DNA of 64,000 nucleotides from Candidatus Multivoradales bacterium (GTDB lineage Bacteria; Acidobacteriota; Thermoanaerobaculia; Multivoradales; J023): NCBI GenBank assembly GCA_965248925.1, contig CBDFLE010000006.1, positions 1,216,001 to 1,280,000 of the forward strand, read 5' to 3'. Shown piece by piece: positions 58,213 to 64,000 of this stretch (position 1 is its first letter; each line of letters starts with the position of its first letter). The notes under the pieces were generated by a model. It saw only the letters and a program-made list of their open reading frames with translations, ran no database searches and was not told where the DNA came from. The position numbers and the translations under genes were made by a program.

Positions 58213-60696
58213 TCAGTCTCGGACCAGCCCCTGCCAGATGCTAGCCGGCACTCCGGACGCCATCTCGCAGAAAACCTTGCATTCAAGAAGAAAGAGGGGA
58301 TCGAGGGTCATTTCCTCCCGACGGTCCTTGGACTTGATCTCATACCCCCAGCTACCCTCCACACCTCCGAGCAGACGCTGCAGAAGCGTCTCGCGAAACC
58401 CAGAGGGTAGCTCCGCGCTCGTTGACGTGCGATAGTAGGAACTGGACCAGGCAGAGAGGAAATTATTCAGCTCGAAGAATTCTTTGGGCACTGCGCTCTC
58501 ACCCAAGTCTACGAGCCTTTCCAAACCTTCCAAATCTAGCGAATCGACCGCATCGAAACCCTCATACCCCTGCTCGCCGACGCAAACCGGCCACGGGTTC
58601 CTCCGATTTCTCCGGCTCTCGACCTGCCGCATCACCACGGGACTTGCCGGTACGATGCGACCATAACCAACTTCCCACTTAGGCTCCGGGTTCAAGTGAA
58701 ACTCCACCTCCACCACGGAAGGGTTCTGAATGGCCGCTTTGAATACTTCGACCAGAGTGTCCCACTCGTCGTCCTCTTTGATCCAACTGAGGAAAGCCGA
58801 GCCTTTGCCACAGAAGTAGATCTTGAACTTTGACTGACTATCGTCCTGCACAATCAGTTTCCTCGATAGAATTCCCAGATAATAAACCAATGCTCCGTAG
58901 ATAAATGAAACATGCCCCAGGAAACGGCTGCGGTCATCCGACTCTCGAATCATCTCTATCAACTCATCGAGTCTGTTCTCTTCTTTCAGCAGCTCTAACG
59001 AAACATAGAAATAGGGCAAGCGATCGGATGGTGACAGCCCAGCCATCCCTAGCCTACTACTGACGCTACCTGTTGTATATACACTGCAATTTCGTTTCTT
59101 CAACAAGTCGCAATAAATATTCCAATTTCCCTCCAGGCACCAAAACGTGCTGATTGCGCTAGCGGCAAAGCGAACAGAGTCGAGATTTGACGGCTGGCCA
59201 TTCTGCCAGATGGCGATATCTGAGGTACTGCCACCGATGTCAATAGCCAACATCTGTGCTGCTGGAGAGGCTCCCTGCCGGTCCACAAGATAGTTCGCGA
59301 CTGCCAGCGCTTCCACCTCACTCCCATTGTCAATTAGCCCTTCAGATTCCAATAGTTTCTTCCAGCGCAACTGGAAACGATTCGCAAGCTGGGGCGGGAA
59401 GGCTGACGGATAGGAATGACCAACGGAGTCCACACGAGCATTCTTGTGGAAAGCCTCGGCTTTGGCCAACAGAAGTAGGTGGGATAGGAAGATCCTCGCC
59501 CGGTCTCGCTGCCCGTCGATGCTGGACCATTTAATCTCGGTAAAGAAGCTGGCCGTGGCACTGTCATAGTGGAAGTCCTGGCCTATCCGCCCGAGAACCG
59601 CCAAGCCATCATAGGGCAACCAGTTCTTCGACAGGCCTGATACTGCATCGCCGGTTCGAGGCTCATTGGCCATCACGATCTGCGTCGGCAACTCTTCAAT
59701 AGATTGAATCTCCAGGTCGGCGGATTCGGCGCCACTGACTGCGAAGAAATCCTGCTCAAGCATTCCTTCGCCAGTCAACTTTCGCGCTCGAGGGTAAATC
59801 TCTAGGGGTAGCCTGGAATTGTTCTCGCGATAGAACATACGAGTGTGGGTACTGCCCAGGTCGACCGATAGTTGCCACTCCTTCTTAGGCGAATCCAACG
59901 GTTCTACAAAGGGACCGAGGATCAGCCCAAAGTTCCGCTCGGGGCTGGATGGATCTAGTGCCGCGAGGATCTCAACCGGGTTCTCGGATCGCGACCAGAT
60001 AGCGGTCGGTAGCCCTTTGCGGCTCCGACTGTGCTTGACGACTGAATCGCCCCCACCCCTGGCCACCGGCTCAAAGCGTAGCCCCCCTTCTGAGAAGCTC
60101 TGAAAAAAGAAGTAGTCTTTCCAGGTAGTACTGTAGAAGTCCGGCCAGACAACAAATAGAGGAGTGTCTCGAAAGAAGTTCAATGGCGCATCTTCGTAAC
60201 AGCGCGTCGCCCTCACGAATCGTCTCTTCTGAACAGGAATCCAGAGCTGGATAAAGGTCCCTTGTTTCTCTCTCCAGGCCATCAGCGTAGCCGAGCGCCG
60301 GCTTGGATGGTCTTCCTTTGAACGGATGACCGGAGTCCCTAGGAGTTCCAGGCACTCGAGCCCAATGGGAAGAAGAAGAGTGTCCTGGTTGCTGAGTCGC
60401 AGTACGCCCTTGAGTCCAGGGCTCGTCTGGACCTTCACCAGTTCGTCGAGCAGTAGCGTCGCAGGGTCCGCGACCACCGCTATGTCCTCTTGATTGACCA
60501 GGTCTTGGAGGTCCCAGCGCAAAGATTCATCAACTGGTTGAAAGTGGGGGCCCAGCACTTGCAGAGAGCCTGTATCCGAGCGGCGGTTTCCGCTCTCATC
60601 GACTAGCTCGGAGCGACATCGCTCGTCGCCACCGGCGAATCCGATTAGGGTGTCACGGGAGCCGCAGTCGATGCGGAGATCGCTCGTCGAGTTCAT
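58213..60696 (-). CDS. Actin-like ATPase (Hsp70/FtsA/SrfB-like fold) protein
   Basis: Phosphate-1 SVDLGSTHT, HSYPSAF, connect SEVEALAVA, phosphate-2 AIDIGGSTSD, FCGKGS; GGAGG RBS and ATGA coupling at 60696. Confidence 0.8.
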   Translation of the reverse strand: MNSTSDLRIDCGSRDTLIGFAGGDERCRSELVDESGNRRSDTGSLQVLGPHFQPVDESLRWDLQDLVNQEDIAVVADPATLLLDELVKVQTSPGLKGVLRLSNQDTLLLPIGLECLELLGTPVIRSKEDHPSRRSATLMAWREKQGTFIQLWIPVQKRRFVRATRCYEDAPLNFFRDTPLFVVWPDFYSTTWKDYFFFQSFSEGGLRFEPVARGGGDSVVKHSRSRKGLPTAIWSRSENPVEILAALDPSSPERNFGLILGPFVEPLDSPKKEWQLSVDLGSTHTRMFYRENNSRLPLEIYPRARKLTGEGMLEQDFFAVSGAESADLEIQSIEELPTQIVMANEPRTGDAVSGLSKNWLPYDGLAVLGRIGQDFHYDSATASFFTEIKWSSIDGQRDRARIFLSHLLLLAKAEAFHKNARVDSVGHSYPSAFPPQLANRFQLRWKKLLESEGLIDNGSEVEALAVANYLVDRQGASPAAQMLAIDIGGSTSDIAIWQNGQPSNLDSVRFAASAISTFWCLEGNWNIYCDLLKKRNCSVYTTGSVSSRLGMAGLSPSDRLPYFYVSLELLKEENRLDELIEMIRESDDRSRFLGHVSFIYGALVYYLGILSRKLIVQDDSQSKFKIYFCGKGSAFLSWIKEDDEWDTLVEVFKAAIQNPSVVEVEFHLNPEPKWEVGYGRIVPASPVVMRQVESRRNRRNPWPVCVGEQGYEGFDAVDSLDLEGLERLVDLGESAVPKEFFELNNFLSAWSSSYYRTSTSAELPSGFRETLLQRLLGGVEGSWGYEIKSKDRREEMTLDPLFLLECKVFCEMASGVPASIWQGLVRD

Positions 60697-60923
60697 CGCA
60701 GGTTCCTCCAATCACTTGAGATCGCGGGCAAAGAGTAGGGGCCCAGAAAGTCGTCTCTGATGATAATTCGGTCATCAGCTGAGGTAGCAGCCTTGAGTGC
60801 AGGGCTCTCCCGCCAGCTCTCGAGTTCGGCGCGAATCGAATTCTTCTGGCGTAGGCCGCAACGAGCACCAATTGTGTCGAATGTCCGTAGGACCTCATCA
60901 AGCCACACACTGAGAAGGCTTAG
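60693..60923 (-). pseudogene. 3' fragment of a gene interrupted by the IS1182-type element
   Basis: LSLLSVWLDEVLRTFD...WRNLR* rejoins the 62421-62520 segment in frame once the IS and one TTAG are removed. Confidence 0.75.
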
Positions 60924-62420
60924 CAGCCCGTGGTGAAAGTCCCGATTACGGCCGTCTTGGCGATCTTCCCTGGTAGAATCTTTCCACCCGAGGGAGGTAG
61001 CGACCATGGCGATGGGCAGGCGAAGCAAACGAAGACAGCGGCAGCTCTGGGTGGAAACCCAGGCGCTGGCCAAGTCCCCAGGACATCCTTTCTACGAGCG
61101 TCTGTCCAAGATTCTCGACAAGCACGGTTTCGATCGCTTTATCGAGGAGCAGTGCGCGAGGTTTTACGCTACGAGGATGGGACGGCCTTCGCTGGCGCCC
61201 GCGGTGTATTTTCGGTTGCTGTTGATCGGCTTCTTCGAGGGTATCGACTCTGAGCGAGGTATCGCATGGCGGCTTGCGGATTCGATGACTCTGCGCGACT
61301 TTCTGGGCTTCGAACTCTCGGACCAGACCCCGGACCATTCGACGCTCTCTCGGACCCGTCGCCTGATCGATCTCGAGACCCATGAGGCGGTGTTTGCTTG
61401 GGCTTTGCAAGTACTGGCGAAGGCTGGCTTGCTCCGGGGAAAGACGCTGGGCATCGATGCGACGACCCTCGAGGCGAACGCGGCGATGCGCAGCATCGTG
61501 CGTCGAGACTCGGGCGAGAGCTACGAAGAGTTTCTCACGCGCCTGGCCGAGGCTTCGGGTGTGGAGACCCCGACGCGAGCGGATCTGGCGCGTTTTGACC
61601 GCCAAAGGAAGAACAAAAAGACGTCGAACGGCGACTGGAAGAACCCCCACGATCCCGACGCCAAAGTCACGCGAATGAAGGATGGGCGGACGCATCTGGC
61701 GCACAAAGCCGAGCATGCGGTGGATATGGAGACGGGTGCGGTTGTGGCGGTGACAGTGCAACCTGCAGACCGAGGGGACACGTCGAGCCTATTGCGGACG
61801 TTGGATGAAGTCGCTGCGGTGCTGGAAGATGTCGTTGAGGATTCGGAGGCTGGCGATCACTTGAGCGAGAAAGTCCGTTCAGAGCTGGTGGCTGACAAGG
61901 GCTATCACAGTAACGCGGTCATGAAGGCACAGCGTCAAGGGAAGATTCGAACCTATATTTCGGAACCGGATCGAGGCCGACGCAACTGGTGCGGCAAAGA
62001 GGCGGAGAAGCAAGCGGTGTATGCCAACCGTCGACGGATCAAGGGTCGTCGAGGCCGCGAGCTGTCGCGGCGTCGAGGAGAGAAAGTAGAACGCACCTTT
62101 GCCCATTGCTACGAGACTGGCGGTATGAGAAGGACCCACCTTCGAGGTCACGACAACATCCGCAAAAGGTTGCTGATTCACATCGCGGGATTCAATCTTG
62201 GGCTGCTGCTTCGTCAAATGTATGGAGCCGGCACTCCACGGGCCCTTCAGGGCTTTCTTTCGGCTCTCGAACAGGGCTTTCGCGCCGTATGTAGCTTGCT
62301 GAGCTGGCTTCTGCCGCACGAGAGCGGATATTGGCCACTAAGATCTTCGATCAGACCACCTGCGCCGGCTGGCCTCAATTTAGGCCACATTTTGTAGAAA
62401 CGGACTTCTGCCACGGGCTG
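60924..62420 (+). mobile_element. IS1182/IS5-type insertion sequence, 1497 bp, with TTAG target-site duplication
   Basis: IRL CAGCCCGTGGTGAAAGTCC vs IRR (reverse complement) CAGCCCGTGGCAGAAGTCC, 16/19 match; TTAG at 60920-60923 and 62421-62424. Confidence 0.92.
61006..62397 (+). CDS. IS1182-family DDE transposase
   Basis: GRPSLAP, SERGIA, PDHSTLSR, IDATTLEANA, ADKGY, KVERTFAH. Confidence 0.92.
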   Translation: MAMGRRSKRRQRQLWVETQALAKSPGHPFYERLSKILDKHGFDRFIEEQCARFYATRMGRPSLAPAVYFRLLLIGFFEGIDSERGIAWRLADSMTLRDFLGFELSDQTPDHSTLSRTRRLIDLETHEAVFAWALQVLAKAGLLRGKTLGIDATTLEANAAMRSIVRRDSGESYEEFLTRLAEASGVETPTRADLARFDRQRKNKKTSNGDWKNPHDPDAKVTRMKDGRTHLAHKAEHAVDMETGAVVAVTVQPADRGDTSSLLRTLDEVAAVLEDVVEDSEAGDHLSEKVRSELVADKGYHSNAVMKAQRQGKIRTYISEPDRGRRNWCGKEAEKQAVYANRRRIKGRRGRELSRRRGEKVERTFAHCYETGGMRRTHLRGHDNIRKRLLIHIAGFNLGLLLRQMYGAGTPRALQGFLSALEQGFRAVCSLLSWLLPHESGYWPLRSSIRPPAPAGLNLGHIL

Positions 62421-62530
62421 TTAGGTGCTCCGCCGCCTGGGAATGATCATGAAAACCCTCAAAATACTCCGCTGGATCAAGAAGCCGACCGCTTCCCCGG
62501 TCGAACCAGGGGACAATTCCTGACTGGCCC
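62421..62530 (-). pseudogene. Middle fragment of the interrupted gene, between the two IS elements
   Basis: GIVPWFDRGSGRLLDPAEYFEGFHDHSQAAEHL is in frame with the 60693-60923 fragment. Confidence 0.65.
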
Positions 62531-62601
62531 ATCCCTCTGTGCCAATGTAAGTGAGACACTCCCGTACCGATAAATTAGTGAGGGCGTGGAGAGCAAACAC
62601 C

Positions 62602-63015
62602 ATGGCGAGTCCAAGCCACGAGCTGCGAGATATGAGTGCTGACCGACCAGATCCCGAGGTAACTGAGAAGGCGAAGCGGCGGCGGTACAGCGCGTCGTAC
62701 AAGCTGAGCATCGTCCAGGCCGCCGACGCCTGTAGCAAAGCCGGCGAGATTGGCGCCCTGCTTCGCCGGGAGGGTCTGTATTCCTCACTCCTATCGAAGT
62801 GGCGCCAGCAACGCGATGCCAGTGCTCTGGCCGGTTTGTCGAAGAAGCGTGGTCGCAAGCGTCGACCGGAATCTGCTGAGGCCCGCCGGGTCGCGGAGCT
62901 TGAGCGTGAGAATGCTCGGCTCAAGCATCAGCTGTACAAAGCCGAGACGATCATCGATGTCCAAAAAAAACTTTCCCGGCTGCTAGGGATCGAGCCGAGC
63001 GAGAGCCAGCCATGA
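62602..63015 (+). CDS. IS3-family transposase OrfA
   Basis: PDPEV..KAKRRRYSASYK, GALLRREGLYSS, IIDVQKKLSRLLG. Confidence 0.9.
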   Translation: MASPSHELRDMSADRPDPEVTEKAKRRRYSASYKLSIVQAADACSKAGEIGALLRREGLYSSLLSKWRQQRDASALAGLSKKRGRKRRPESAEARRVAELERENARLKHQLYKAETIIDVQKKLSRLLGIEPSESQP

Positions 63016-64000
63016 GCGCTGTGGCGCCGCTGGCCGAGACGGTGGGGGTGCAAGCAGCCTGCGTCGCCTTGGCGGTCCCCAGAGCCACTTTTTATCGCCG
63101 CCGTCGGCAGCAGAGCGCAGGGCCGCAGCTATCAACGCGGCCTCGACCGCCGCTGGCATTGACGCCCGCTGAACGCCAGGAGGTCCTCGATGTGTTGCAC
63201 TCGGAGCGCTTCGTCGACCGCTCGCCGCGTCAAGTCTGGGCGGCGCTGCTGGACGAGGATCAGCGCCATATCTGCTCGGTGCGCACCATGTACCGGGTCC
63301 TGGAGTCTGAGGGCGAGCTGCGCGAGCGACGCCGTCAGCGGCGTCATCCCAACTACACCAAGCCCGAACTGCTGGCCACAGGGCCGAACGAGGTGTGGTC
63401 GTGGGACATCACCAAGCTCAAGGGCCCGGTGAAGTGGACCCACTACTACCTTTACGTAATTCTGGACGTCTTCAGCCGCTACATCGTCGGCTGGATGCTC
63501 GCCTCCCGCGAGTCCGGAGGACTCGCCAAGCGGTTGATCGCCGACAGTGTTGAGAAGCAAGGTGTTGAGCGAGATCGACTTACCTTGCACTCGGACCGCG
63601 GTTCGAGCATGACATCCAAGCCAGTGGCTCTACTGCTGGCCGATCTCGGGATGACACGGTCGCTGAACCGGCCCTACACGAGCAACGACAATCCGTTCTC
63701 TGAGGCCCAGTTCAAGACGCTCAAGTACCATCCGAGCTTTCCCGACCGCTTCGGATCACTGGAAGATGCACGAGCGTTCTGCCGCTCGTTCCTCGGCTGG
63801 TACAACACGCAGCACTACCACACAGGACTCGGTTTGTTGACGCCAGAGACCGTCCACTACGGCCTCACGGCCTCAGTGCTGGAGCAACGTCGAGAAGTCC
63901 TCGCCGCCGCCTCAGCCGCTCATCCAAGCCGCTTCAAGCGGCGAACGCCGGCTTTGCCGGAGCCCAGTGGCGAGGTCTGGATCAACCCGCCGATCACCAC
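63012..64000 (+). CDS. IS3-family transposase OrfB (integrase core), partial
   Basis: Hand translation: VWSWDITKL, ILDVFSRYIVGW, HSDRGSSM, NDNPFSEAQFKTLKY; no stop seen before the window end. Confidence 0.9.
   Translation, partial: MSAVAPLAETVGVQAACVALAVPRATFYRRRRQQSAGPQLSTRPRPPLALTPAERQEVLDVLHSERFVDRSPRQVWAALLDEDQRHICSVRTMYRVLESEGELRERRRQRRHPNYTKPELLATGPNEVWSWDITKLKGPVKWTHYYLYVILDVFSRYIVGWMLASRESGGLAKRLIADSVEKQGVERDRLTLHSDRGSSMTSKPVALLLADLGMTRSLNRPYTSNDNPFSEAQFKTLKYHPSFPDRFGSLEDARAFCRSFLGWYNTQHYHTGLGLLTPETVHYGLTASVLEQRREVLAAASAAHPSRFKRRTPALPEPSGEVWINPPIT

Larger units (their letters stand above)
62540..64000 (+). mobile_element. IS3-family element (left end approximate, right end outside the window)
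   Basis: orfA/orfB pair with a slippery A-run; terminal-like GCCAATGTAAGTGAGACACTCCC upstream of orfA. Confidence 0.85.

Noticed and set aside
60693-61073. 126-aa ORF as an intact gene
   Set aside because: Its N-terminal part is the reverse strand of the IS left end; only 60693-60923 is host sequence.
1-64000. tRNA, rRNA, prophage or integrase genes
   Set aside because: No cloverleaf, rRNA-like stretch, phage structural motif or tyrosine/serine recombinase motif was recognised by eye; tRNAscan and Infernal were not run.

Overview
A GC-rich bacterial window; the gene content resembles Acidobacteriota/Thermoanaerobaculia (inference only). The middle (about 6.5-40 kb) is mostly ordinary: M19 dipeptidase, NFACT-R protein, THUMP RNA methyltransferase, esterases, a sugar dehydrogenase, YceI, a two-permease RND pump, two vapBC pairs amid gene debris, a DUF58-transglutaminase-MoxR-TPR operon and an Omp85-DUF4390-NtrY/NtrX-like operon. 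Both ends hold parallel operons built on caspase-fold (clan CD) proteases. Locus A (minus strand, 6238 to <1): ECF sigma, zinc anti-sigma, TPR-CHAT, a 50-aa acidic peptide, a metacaspase, and a degenerate-STAND-like protein. Locus B (plus strand, 43970-55812): sigma-like HTH protein, anti-sigma-like protein, TPR-CHAT fused to a C25/caspase-like protease, a degenerate P-loop/helical-repeat protein, and a second CHAT protease. All five protease domains keep His/Cys dyads. The metacaspase tail and its downstream neighbour share an identical VHGDVNF heptapeptide whose DNA differs only at synonymous sites, and a related motif occurs in the locus B CHAT. This suggests a CRISPR-independent protease cascade coupled by amyloid-like motifs, the best candidate for an undescribed system here. 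The right end has an actin-fold operon whose upstream gene is split by an IS1182-type element (TTAG target duplication) and cut off by an IS3-family element. I found no rRNA, tRNA or CRISPR array. All family calls come from motif reading by eye, not database searches.
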